From Rebecca billardiae RCC1528 (Eukaryota; Protista; Haptophyta): a stretch of DNA of 64,000 nt. A program made the position numbers and the translations under genes. The notes below the pieces were generated by a model. That model made no database searches and was not told the DNA's origin. It was given only the letters and a program-made list of their open reading frames with translations. This document shows, in pieces, positions 1 to 11,900 of the stretch (position 1 is the stretch's first letter; every line of letters begins with the position of its first letter). The stretch lies in NCBI GenBank assembly GCA_965240325.2, contig OZ251229.1, forward strand, positions 1,674,001 to 1,738,000, in the 5' to 3' direction.

Positions 1-973
1 CTGCTGCGGCGCGTGCTGGGGCTGCGCCCAGGCAGGTTGAGGAGGCGGGGGAAGCATGTAGACGCCTTGCGCAGTGCGCGCCCCGTCGTAGCCCTTGTAC
101 ATGGAGGGGTGGTCGTTTCCATACGTCCAGTGCCCGTGCGAGGTTAGGGACGGGTGCGACGATGCCGGATAAGCATGAGGTGGCGGTGGAGCCATGCCCA
201 TCATGCCGGGGGCGTGTTGCAGCGGCGGCGGTGGCGCTGCCGCAACCGGCCACGGGCCACACGGCGGCGGTCCGAGTTGCGGCGGCCCGTGCGCGGGTGT
301 CGGCGCGGCCCCGGCTGGCGGCAGATATGAGGGCCCGCAGGGCGCGGCCATCTGCCCCGCCGGCATTGGGGGCGCTCCCGCACCCTGCATGTACATCACC
401 CACGTCGGCGGCTGCATCGCGCTGTCGCCCTCCGGCCGCTCGACCCGCCGGCGGATTGCTCGTGGCTTGTGACCGGCGCTGACGTCACGCGGCCCTCGCG
501 CACGAGATGATTGCGAGCCTGAGAGGGCAAGCTCTCTGCGGTGGCCGCTCTGGTCCTGCGGAAGCGCGCAGGGAGCGACGGGCACGGGCCACGGGGCCAG
601 GGTGAGGCCGCCGCAAAGGGGACGCGTCCACACGGCGCCTTGGTGGGGCCACGTGACTCGTGCGAAGTGGAGGGGGTGGGCGCGGGGCGCGAACCGGGAA
701 CGTGCAGGGCAGCTTCAGTCGCTGACACCGTCGACACGGGTCGCCGTCGACGCAGGCCACCTTGGATCTGTGGCAATTGTCGCACGCCTGTTTCTTGCTG
801 AACTCCGGCGCGAGCGACGTGAGGGGCGGCAGTCGGTAAAGCGGCGGCGCGCCGAGGGCGGCGGGGGCTGCGGCGGAGGGCGCATCGACAGCGTCCTCCC
901 GCGCCAGCGTCTCGCCGCTCTCGCCCGCCGATGGCGCGCCAGCCGCTGCGCTCGCCGCCGCCTCGGCCGACAT
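1..973 (-). CDS. Zn(2)-Cys(6) binuclear cluster (GAL4-type) transcription factor with a Pro/Gln/Met-rich tail; 3' end runs off the window
   Basis: Motif CDNCHRSKVACVDGDPCRRCQRLKLPC fits C-x2-C-x6-C-x5-C-x2-C-x6-C. A predicted phase-0 intron at 694-556 (GTTCGC...CGCAG) joins CTFP to DQSGHRRE...MQPPTWVMYMQG..., a frame that stays open to position 1. Start is ATG 973 (alternative 1003). Confidence 0.85.
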
Positions 974-3689
974 GAACGAGGGGCGAAAGGTGCGCCAACG
1001 CATGAAGTTCGGCCCGCTCGGGCCAGCTCGGGCCGCAAGCACCCCCTTTGCAGCTGAAAGCTGTCTCGCCTGGGAACTCGAGACTGAACACAAGCTCGAA
1101 AGCCGATACCTTCCACGGGGTTTCGTTTCAAATCCAACCTTTCACCAGAGTTTGAAGCTTATGGCCGCGATGTTTCGGCCAATCAGCTTGCAAGCTTCAC
1201 TTTTCGTCCGTGGATCGGAAGCACTTGATTCGCTTTGGTTGCTGTCACCGGACGACACGCTCTCACAAAGTAAGTAATTCTGCTCTTTGGAAACCCGCGA
1301 AGGCGGAGCGGGGAGTTCTTCACCGGTGCTTGTCCAAGTCTTGCGCCGAGATCTTTACCGAGCTATGATATTAGTATGATAATTGCTGTTGTATTCCATT
1401 CGATTTGTTCGTGGTGCTTACAAGCAAGCGGTTGTTGATTACCCGCTAGTTCAAGTTTGGGAAACTCGATCGCGCGGAGATCAATGATCTGAGCAACCAT
1501 TGGATGCGATCAGTGCGATCCCATCAATGGGCTATCCCATTAATTCGAGCGGGGAAGTGGATCCGGGCTCGTAGTCCGGACATGGAGACTGGTCCGGGCC
1601 CAGTCACCCGGCACTCCGGCTGGCCGACACCCGGTGGCTTTCTCCTAAACCCCTGGACGGGTAAAAACGCCCCCCCCCCCCCCCCCCCTGTGTATTCCGG
1701 GAGGCCGCGACCACTGTCGACGCTGAGTCCGGGCGGCGTCGCCAAGCGGCGGCTGGAGGAGCGACGGGCGCGTGAGCGTGGCGGCTCGCGGCTATCACCG
1801 GCCTTGTGGCACGTAGTCGCGCGTGTGCGCGCCGTCACATTGCGTGTACAACACCAGACGCTGACTCCCATGGCATTGCCACGCCCTGAAGACTGCCTCT
1901 GCACCTTGTGTCTGCGTTCAAATGCTCACGAAGCTGGCTCGCGGCGCTTGTGGCAGTGCCTAGCGTGCAAGAAGCTGCTACAAGTGGTGCCATAGCACTC
2001 AAGACCCGGCCGTCACGCATGGGGCTAGTCGGGTAGGCTAATCTGTGCTATGGGCGACCAGAAAAGCAGCTCGATCAGTGATCCGTGACTCTGGAAATGT
2101 CGTGCGGCACACGCCGTTTGAAACGCGAGAGCGCGGCGCGTGCCTAACGTGACCTCTTTCAGGCGGCTTGCGGGGTCGAAAGGCCAGCGCGCGTGTACGT
2201 ATACATTGTGCATACATACCCCCACCTCCCCGAGCCATCTCATCGCGCCCAGGCTCCCCACATGTCGAGTCGGCTGGCAGGACGTGACCGCTCGGCACAA
2301 GCTCAAGCCCGCAAGTGGTTGCGCGCGCCAACCGCAAGGGCGACGAGCGAGGAGAGACATCAGCGGGCTGCTTTGTCGACGTTCCCCTACGTCTTGGGGC
2401 CCGCCCCGCCCAGCGTGCCGCCACGGAACGCCCCGCAATCGACCGCTAGGACGCTCGGCGAGCACGCACCCACCGCCGCCACGGCAGCCGTCCCCCGAGC
2501 CAGGGGTGTAGGGGACAAGCCGGTGGCCTTGGTGGGCAGTGAGCCACGGTCCTGCCAAATGCCGCTTTGGTGCCCGACTGCCCGTCTGCTCCCGGCCGAG
2601 TCCGCCATCGTATTACGGCCCTTGCTCGGCGGGCATTACTCGCGTGATGCGAATGCGATGGCGGAGAGTGCCAGCCAGCCAAGGGCCAAGGCCCCAAGTC
2701 CCCGACTTCAGTTGACGCCTTACGGGGCAGCTCCCGGACTCGGCCCGAACCTGGACTCGGCCTGAAATGCGAAAGACGCCGCCTGCGAGCGGGGATGAAT
2801 GGTAGAGAAGCGCAGCACCGCTGGCGAGAGGCCGAAGGCTCGCCGGCCGAACGGTTGAGCTGCGAGTCCGTCATGGTCGTGTCCTTCATCGGCCTTGACG
2901 GCACGGTGCAGCTCGTGCAGCTCATCTTCAACCAGAAGTACGTCAGCACCGCGAGCAAGTGACCTACTACCTGTTTGCACCGAAGAGAGAGTCGACGCCC
3001 TACCAGGAGCGGATCGATCAGCAGGGACGCACACACACACACACACACCTCCCCCCTCGTAGTCGCCCATAACTCCATCGCCGAGCGGAAGCCCGCCGCA
3101 CCGTCAGTCCGTCTGGCGACGACGCGTGCATGCCACCGCGGCGATCGCGGCGCCACGCATCGTCTTCGTCAGCCGTCGTCTCGAAGTAGTCGTCATGTGC
3201 AGCGCGCCGCTGGCGCGTGCCCCCGGGTGCACGTGAGCCATGCGCGTGCGGGCGATGAGCATCTTCATCTTGGCGTGGCCACGCAGGCAGCAAATGCCCA
3301 GCTCGCGCCGCGGATGCCGACAAGAGTGCTGACTGCCGAGCAGCACTCAGCGTGATAGACAGCTATTAGCAGTCCACTGTACTTGTACTTAATCGTGTTT
3401 CAAAGTGAATCTGCGCCGGGCAGGCTCTGGCACCGGTTGACCCCTGCCAGTCCGCGGTCATAGAAACCGGCGGGCGCCTACAGTTTACTACGTTTTAACG
3501 TGCACACTTGGTTAAGGCCGTGATTGACGCCATTTGCGGGGTGTGGAATAAGCGAGTTATACTATACCCAGACTGTGTGTTTGCTATAGAAGCCTTTCTA
3601 TGGGAAAATTGAGGGGGTGGCGAATACAGCCTAGCTATAGGGTAGAGTGCACCTAACCATGCCCCAACCATGATGATACTAGTACATGC

Positions 3690-4790
3690 TGTGAGGATCA
3701 GCATGGCTGCCGGCTCTCGGTCTCGGCCAGCGACGAGGGGGGACGGGGGTGCCTATCCAACCTAACCAGCCAACCATGTTTCGGCAGCCGGCATGAGGAT
3801 CAGCATGGCTGCCGTCTCTCGGGCTCGGCCAGCGACGAGGGGGGTGCCTATCCAACCTAACCAGCCAACCATGTTTCGGCAGCCAGCATCGGAGGATCAG
3901 CATGGCTGCCGGCTCTCGGGCTCGGCCAGCGACGAGGGGGGTGCCTATCCAACCTAACCAGCCAACCATGTTTCGGCAGCCAGCAAAGTGAGTAGGATCA
4001 GCATGGCTGCCGTCTCTCGGGCTCGGCCAGCAACGAGGGGGGTGCCTATCCAACCTAACCAGCCAACCATGTTTCGGCAGCCAGCATGAGGATCAGCATG
4101 GCTGCCGTCTCTCGGGCTCGGCCAGCGACAAGGGGGGTGCCTATCCAACCTAACCAGCCAACCATGTTTCGGCAGCCAGCATGAGGATCCGCATGGCTGC
4201 CGCCTCTCTCGGGCTCGGCCAGCGACGTGAGGGGGGTGCCTATCCAACCTAACCAGCCAACCATGTTTCGGCAGCCAGCATGAGGATCAGCATGGCTGCC
4301 GTCTCTCGGGCTCGGCCAGCGACGAGGGGGGTGCCTATCCAACCTAACCAGCCAACCATGTTTCGGCAGCCAGCATGAGGATCAGCATGGCTGCCGGCTC
4401 TCGGGCTCGGCCAGTGTGAGTGACGAGAGGGGTGCCCATCCAACCTAACCAGCCAACCAAGTTTCGTCGCCAGCAAGTGCGAGCATGAGCAAGGCTGCCG
4501 GCCGTCCATGCGTCCCGTGCGTCCGCGCGGCCGCCGCGGCCGGCCGGCCTGGACTCACGGGACGCGAGAGGGGTGCCCATCCAACCTAACCACCCAACCA
4601 AGTTTCGTCGCCAGCATGAGCGCCAGCATGGCTGCCGGCTCTCAGCCAGTCGGCTGGTCGTGAGATGGTTGCCCATCCAACCTAACCACCCAACCATCGT
4701 GGTCAGCATGCGCGAGCATCAGCATGGCTGCCGGCCCCCACCGAGCTTTGAGAAGTGGGGTGTGCCAACCTAACCTAACCACCCAACCAT
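3690..4790. repeat. Tandem array of ~95-100 bp units containing CCAACCTAACCAGCCAACC, degenerating to the right; an inverted copy of the core lies at ~5406-5448
   Basis: The unit GAGGATCAGCATGGCTGCC...GGGGGTGCCTATCCAACCTAACCAGCCAACCATGTTTCGGCAGCC recurs about 8 times intact, plus 3-4 degenerate copies. Confidence 0.95.
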
Positions 4791-5869
4791 TTTCTCGTGT
4801 GCGCGTTAGTTAGCGCACGTCGCACGAGCGCAGCTGGTCCGTGCGGTGCGGGAGCTCGTGCGAGCAGCCACACTGCGAGTCCAGATTATGGCGGCGGGGA
4901 CGCTACCGTCGTTTTCGCGCCGCTGCCGCTGCAACTGCTGGAGCGGCACCACGGCGGCTCGCCACGCGGCGCCGGCGCTGCTCGCTCGCGGTCTGGCACG
5001 CTGGAAGAAGTCGTGTGCGGATTGTTGTTGACAGACGCAAAATGGGGCGCGGGGGCGGGTGGGGCAGCTCGAGCCAGCTGACGCGCGGCATGCATCATGC
5101 ACAGCGGGGAGGTCTGGGATGCACACCTCTCGTGCTGTGATCGAGGCGCGCGCAGCCCCGCGGAGGCCGCGGACGGCGTTCTCAGTAAGCCGCTGGCAGC
5201 AGCAGTGCGTGTCCGGCAGCGGGGAACAAAATGGGGGCGCGGGGGCCGCGGCACGTGCGCCCTCGCGAGCGCCCGCATCGAGAGCATCGCGTCTTTGCCG
5301 CTCCTGGCGCAGCCACTACCGCGCCCGTCCCGGCGCTGCGCTGGCTCGGGCGGCGCGGGCGTCGCTAACGCCGATTCGCTTGATGAAAGGCCGCGAGTCC
5401 GCTCCGCGACGAAACTTGGTTGGGTGGTTAGGTTGGATGGGCACCCCACGTTCGTCGTCAGGCGGCAAAGCGGCAGCCATCTTTATTCAGATCACATCAT
5501 CAGCGCATTGTTTTAATGTTTTTGAAATGCTTTTTTAAGATTCTTAGCTAGCACGGGTGACGGGTCCGGTAATCGCTGTCCGGCTGGGAAGGTTAGCTGG
5601 TTAGGCACCAGCCGGCTGTCCGGTGAACTTGGTAGTAGGTCCGGTAGCGCAGTCCGGCTGTGATGGTTCGGGGCACTGGCTCTCTGTCCGGCGACCTTGG
5701 TTAGGTCCGGTGATCGTAGTCCGGCTGGCCACTCTTGGAATGGTTGGGTGGTTAGGCTGTGGAAGGACGTTTTTGGGCCCCAACCAAATGTGGTGAGTAA
5801 CCTGCTTACGGAAAAAGATTACTCCGGTGTGACTCGCTTCCGCATGGTCCATTTGCGATGTGGGGGGAA

Positions 5870-6392
5870 CGCCCCCCCCCCCCCCCCCCGCTCCGTTACG
5901 TCTTGGGCTTATTGGCCCCGAGCCTAAGTCAACCAAGCGGACCATGCGGGCATGCAGCAGTGCCAGTGAGCAGAGTCCCTTCCGACCCCCGATTGATGAC
6001 TTCAACGAGCAGAAATGTCGCATGGTCCGACCACCTCCCGATAGGTTCAGACTCTATTTTTACTATGTAATTACTCGCCCCATACTCATATTTCGATATA
6101 TAGCCCGGGAGCGCTCCGGACACTTGTATACACATGCGAAAGGGTATCCGGGCTGGGTATTTAGTTATAGAAAATAGAATCTGGACATATTGGAGCTGTG
6201 GCTGATGATCCATCTGGCCCCCAAAAGATCGTAAATAAGGGCGTGATGTCGTCCAAGGGCAAGGGACCGCCTGGGGTGGTCTAGGAGCTACTTGTAGATC
6301 TATCATCAGAGGCGGCGATCCCGCCGATTGCAGTGTCAAGATCGGTAACGCAGAACGCTCCAGTGACCGGACTGGGGGGGGGGGGGGGGGCA
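5870..6392. mobile_element. Non-autonomous TIR element copy bounded by poly-C and poly-G; same family as 7695-8693
   Basis: 5890-6215 matches 7725-8025, and 6248-6375 matches 8552-8668. Confidence 0.7.
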
Positions 6393-6553
6393 CTTCAGGC
6401 TCTATTTTTCATAGCTATTATTTTACCCAGCCCGTTGACATATTTCCAATAGCTACGGGTGCATCCGGATTGACGCTCCCGGACCGTGCTCTGGCCAGAG
6501 TCTGAATTGGGTTACAAATGACAATACAGCATAGTAAAATAGAGTCTGAAGTG
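6391..6553. mobile_element. ~150 bp MITE; related copies at ~6042-6190 and ~7848-7996
   Basis: TIRs CACTTCAG(G)CTCTATTTT / AAAATAGAGTCTGAAGTG. The copy at 7848 has ATAGGTTCAGATTCTATTTT / AAAATAGAGTCTGAACCTAT. Confidence 0.75.
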
Positions 6554-7099
6554 TAGAGGAAGTGCTTGTTGGCTCAATATCGCTCTGAAGGGCCCTCTGC
6601 CTCTGAAGTCATCATCTAACTAGGCATCCCAGTAACATCGGACATCCATTGAGGTCCTCCTGTGCAGTTTTCACGAGTGTCTTCATGAAGGAGCTCACTG
6701 TGACACTGACAGTGCCAGTCTGAGTCTCTGGCAGGGGTCTAAACCGTGAGCCAGAGCCGGCAGGTGCGTGCGCATGATACGAAAATGCCCACATCCATTC
6801 GGAGTTCCCCTAGACGAAAAGTCAGCGGATCGACGAGTTTTACTGAGTAATTTACTCCGAAAGTCAGCGGTTACAATAACGTTTATAGAATTTCAGACCG
6901 TGTAATAAATCCCCCTTAATTAATAACGGGCTCCGGGTGACCAGACTGGCGGCCGGCGGCGGGCCGAATTCCAGTCCAGCCCTATGTAGCCTGCCCAACC
7001 AACTGTCAGGCCACCCCCACCCAACCTCAAACCACTCGCGGACCAGAGACACCGCGTGTCGAGTCAGACGAGAACTTTCTAATATGGGGCTATAGCAGA

Positions 7100-7107
7100 T
7101 CTCTCTT

Positions 7108-7203
<96 letters not shown>
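7100..7203. repeat. (CT)n microsatellite
   Basis: Seen directly. Confidence 0.98.
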
Positions 7204-7205
<2 letters not shown>

Positions 7206-7694
7206 AGTCTCAGGCTGCATTTATTATACATTTTTATCAGTACTGAAAAGTCTGTTCTGACAGTCAGACACTGATTGAGTTCGGTCAGTGGCGCAGAACG
7301 GTCCAGAGTTCGCGGAACGTCCGAGTTGCGAATCCGTCATTTTTGGGCGCACGTCCTACTAGGTCTTTCCGCTGAATCGGACGACTGGGCAGCATTCTTT
7401 CTCCGTATCGCAGCGGCTCGGCCTGTGCGGCAGCCGGCCGGGCGCTTGCTTAGCATCGGAGTAGTGGCCCGCACGCCCACAGAGCGCCGCTCGGAGTGGG
7501 ACCTGGCGGTCGGCGCCTTCCTGGTGGTCACCCAGTGCCCAGGGGCCTTCATTTCAAATGTGTTGCCCCTATGGGATGGCGACCCGTCGGCGTCATCTCT
7601 GGAAACGGTCCCTCGCCCCACGACGGGCACGTCCGGCGCACTACGATGGCGGCTGCCTCAGTGAAAGTTATAGCAGATGGAGGTGCGTCCGTAG

Positions 7695-8693
7695 CGTGGC
7701 TCCGGCTCCGGTCCACCACCCCCAGCTCCGTTACGTCTTGGCCCCGAGCCGAAGTCAACCAAGCGGGCCATGCAGCAGAGTCCCTTCCCGTTCCGACCCC
7801 CGATTGATGACTTCAACGAGAAATGTCGCATCCGACCACCTCAGGCAATAGGTTCAGATTCTATTTTTACTATGTAATTACCCGCCCCTTGCTCATAATT
7901 CAGCACAGTCCGGGAGCGTTCCGGACACCTGTATACATATGCGAAAGTGTCACCCGGACTGGGTATTTAGTTATAGAAAATAGAGTCTGAACCTATTGGA
8001 GGTCGGGCTGATGATCCATCTGGCCGTACAGGCAATCGCGGGCAATAAGGAGCTGTCACGTTAAGAAACTGGGGCTTGCTATCTGCGGATCTGGCCTAGA
8101 AACTGAGACTAGCGATTGGCTGGTTCGCTATACGCATAGTCACACTAAGAATAACCGGGACTACGTCGTCCCGGCTGACGAGTGGTCCGCCGAGGGCGAG
8201 GCGCAGTCGACCCGTCGGGGACGCGGCGCGCGGCCCGACTACGTCTACGAGTACAGACTAAGTCCCGACTTCTCCTGATGACGGACTCCTGGCCAGTGCA
8301 CCGCAGCATCCATGCAACATCATGATGCCAGATTTGCTCCAAAAGGCCCAAAATTGTATTCGGCCTCGCCGGCCGGGCCTAAAGACTCAGCGGGGGGCTC
8401 TGCCCCCCATGCGCCCCCCGCGGCCTGCGCGGCGGGCGGACCTAGAGTCTAAGAAACTGAGACTCCGTAGGCGCTCGGGCTACCGAACGGCTAAGAAACC
8501 GAGGCTAGCCGTGAGATCTCTGACTTCTTATTGCCCGCGATTGCCTGTAATATCGTCCAAGGGACCGCCTGGGGTGGTTTAGGAAGTAGGAGCTAGTGTA
8601 GATCATCAGAGGCAGCGATCCCGCCGATTGCAGTGTCAAGATGTAACGCTCCAGTGACCGGACTGGGGGGGTGGACCGAAGCCGGAGCCGCGT
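7695..8693. mobile_element. Non-autonomous TIR element hosting two nested MITEs
   Basis: Imperfect ~28 bp TIRs GGCTCCGGCTCCGGTCCACCACCCCCAG / CTGGGGGGGTGGACCGAAGCCGGAGCC; the interior is homologous to 5890-6375. Confidence 0.75.
8029..8547. mobile_element. Tc1/mariner-type MITE (519 bp) with TA target-site duplication
   Basis: Perfect 21-bp TIR CAGGCAATCGCGGGCAATAAG / CTTATTGCCCGCGATTGCCTG, flanked by TA at 8027-8028 and 8548-8549. It is absent from the sister host copy at ~6215-6250. Confidence 0.9.
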
Positions 8694-8995
8694 ACCCATA
8701 GCTATAATGCAGGTAGGGGCGGCGGCTTTCGTGACGGTTACAGAGTGATGCATATGAGATTCGGCGGGCGCGCAAATTGATCGGGTCCTGCCATGCGTGT
8801 CCTGCCACGGCCCTTGGTCCTGCAGGGATTCTCGTCGTCGTCCAATAAAGTAATAGCTGGCGGCTCGCCTGCTGCAGGCTGCTACTGGGAGATTCTGCTG
8901 GCGCACTCTTCGCGGGGCGGTGGCTGCGCCGCCACCTCGGTCGACGTGCCGGCACGCGCCTGCCTACTGACCGGCAACTGGTGGTGCCGCGTGAC

Positions 8996-11900
8996 ATGGA
9001 CGAGCAGCAGAAGCCAGTGGACGACGACGTCGGGCGCCTCGCCAACAACGTGCTCCTCTCGGCACCAGTCGCGCCCGCGGTGGGCATGCGAGGGAGTGAT
9101 GGCCGCCGTTCGCGCGGGCGGCCGACAGCGGACGATACGACGCTCATCCAACCGATCGCGCGCTCTCCGAGCCAGGAGTCGGACGCTGGAACCCGTGGCG
9201 GAGTGTTCCTTCAGCCCGTCTCGTCCACGATCGGCATGAGAGGGAGCGATGGCCGCCGCTCACGCCGGCGCTTGACGGAGGACGACGTGACCATCCTGGG
9301 GCTGATTGCACGGGATCCCCATCAGGAGCCTGCCGCCGAACGCCCTGGCGACGACCACCTCGTCCCGCAGCCCGTGACGCCAAAGATAGGCATGCGATCG
9401 AGCGACGGCCGCCGCTCGCGCCGCCGCTTGACAAACGACGACATGACCTACGCGCTACGCGAGCACATCAAGTCGCAGGCCGCGATCTCAGAATCAGCAC
9501 CGCTCGACGCTGATGAGCACTTCGATCGGGGGCGCGATGCGTTTCTCGTGGACGAGGCCGCGACGGAGGATGCGGAGCGCGTCGAGGGCGGCGAGGGCTT
9601 CGACAGCTTGCCCGTGAAGGCGGGTGGGCGCGATGCGGACGACATCTCGGACGCCGGCTCGGCGCCGGACGCTGCTGCTGCTGGCGGCGCACACGCGAGC
9701 GCCGGCGATGATCAGGACGACGCGTTGATCGAGCTCGAGCTGTCCCTCACATCCGCCCTTGACGAGATGCTCGCGACGCCGGAGCCGGGAAAGAACGAGG
9801 CCCTGATCAAGATGATTCTATCGTTGCCGCCGGCAAAGCGCAGCAGCGTGCAGCGCGACCGGCTGCGCGAGTGCATCGGCGGAGTCAGCTTCCTGGCCAT
9901 CCTGGATGACGAGGAGCTGCTCACGCACATCTTCAACGGCATGGAGTACCGCGCGTACGCGCCCGACGAGCAGATCGTCTCGCCGACGGGCACCCCGGAG
10001 GCCGTGTACATCGTGCTGCGCGGGAGCGTCTGCCTTCAGGAGGCGCCGCTCGGCGCGACTGCGGTCGACCCAGACCTACTCGCGCGCGGCCAGGTCAGCC
10101 ACCGGACGACGAGGCTTGCACCCGAGACTTCCTGGGGCCAGCTTTCGCTTGTGGAGAGCCACATGCGCAATGGGTACTCCGCCACGGCCGCCCACGTAGG
10201 GGGCTGCGCGCTGCTTTTCATCCCGCGCAACGTGTACCAGCGCGTGCTGCCGACTTTTGAGAGGCGGATGCGGCACACCGTCGCGCTGCTGCAGAGCACG
10301 AAGACGTTCGGGAACTGGGACACGGACTCGCTGCAGCGGCTGTTTGTCGTCTTCGAGCGCCTCTCGCTCGCCGAAGGGGATGTCCTGTGCAACCAGGGAG
10401 AGGACGCCAACTTCTGCTTTTTGATCTCGCGCGGCGCATGCGGTGTGTACATCAACGTCTCCGAGCGCGTCGACGAGCAGCCCACACAGCCGTCGGCGGA
10501 GTCGGCCGACTCACACGACGACGACAACAATGATGAGGCGCGAGCTGAGCAGTACGTGACGCGGCTCCGCCAGGTGGCCGTCCTGCAGGCGGGCACGCTC
10601 GTGGGCGAGACGGCGCTGCTGTTCCCGGGGCAGAAGCGCAACGCCACCATCATCTCGCACGGCGCCGAGGTGCTGCTGCTCACGAAGCGCGACTTCCTCT
10701 CCCTCGACGAGGCGACGCTGCAAAACATTCGCCTCAACTCGAGCTTCACGGCAGCGTGCTCGATGAAGCCGGAGCACCGCGAGACGACTCACATCGACGC
10801 GCTCGTGGAGAAGACGCAATCTCTCGACTTCTTCAAGCGCATGGACGACGGCGCGCACCGCGACCTGTGCAAGCGCCTGCTCTATCTCAAGGTCGAGCCG
10901 GGCGCGCGCATCATCGCGCCGCCGCCGCCCGGTGTGTCTGAGGTGCCTGACGACACGAAGCTCGGGAAGCTGCGCAGCGAGGAGGGCTCGGCATCGGCGG
11001 GCTCGGACGTCGTCGTCCTCCTCTCGGGGGAGGTCTCGACGGCTGTCCACCTCTCCGTCGACGTCGCCGGCCGATATCGCTCGGGCGTGCTCCGCCCGCC
11101 GCCGCAGCCGCAGCCCGCGATCGACGACCAGCAGCTGCCGGCGAGCGCGCCAGCGAGCACAGCGGCGGCGGCGCGGCTGGGCAACAGCAACCACAAGTGG
11201 CACACGCAGGTGTCGCACCACTTCCAGATCGAGCGCACGGTGCGCACCGGCGGCGCCTTCGGCGAGATGGCTGCCGCGCTCGGGGAGGAGGGCAACATCA
11301 CCGCCACCGCTGTCAAGGAGACCGAGCTGCTCGTGATCAGCCGCGACGACTACGAGCGCTGCGGTGCGCTCGAGCGCTATCTCGGCGCGCACGAGGAGGT
11401 GGCCAACTTCCTGCTCACAGTCGACGTGTTCCGCGCGCGCGCGCCGCACCACGGTGGGCGCGGCGCAGGCGATCGCTCCGAGCTCGACGAGCAGCTACCC
11501 GCGCCGGAGGCCTCCGCACGCGACTACGTGTGCATCGCACCCTTCTTCGGGCGCGCGCACGTGCCGCGTGGCGAGGTGGTCGCCGCGTCTCGCAAGTTGC
11601 GCAGGGACCGGTGCATGCTCGTGATGAGCGGCGCGTCCAAGTTCCGCGTGGACGGCGCCGAGCTGTATCGGGAGCGGATATGCACCATGCTCGCTTCGAT
11701 GCCGCCGGAGCGCACGGCCGCGTCCTTCACGGCTGCCATGAGCGCCTCGAGCACCGCGCACGAGCTGCGCGCGATCGTGGAGGGCAACGGGGAGGGCACC
11801 GACACGCTCGAGGCGCGCCGCGCGCGGGCGCGGGCACATCCGACCATCGCCGAGGCCATCGCGGCCGTCACCTCCGCGCGCGCTGGCGGCAAGCTGCTGC

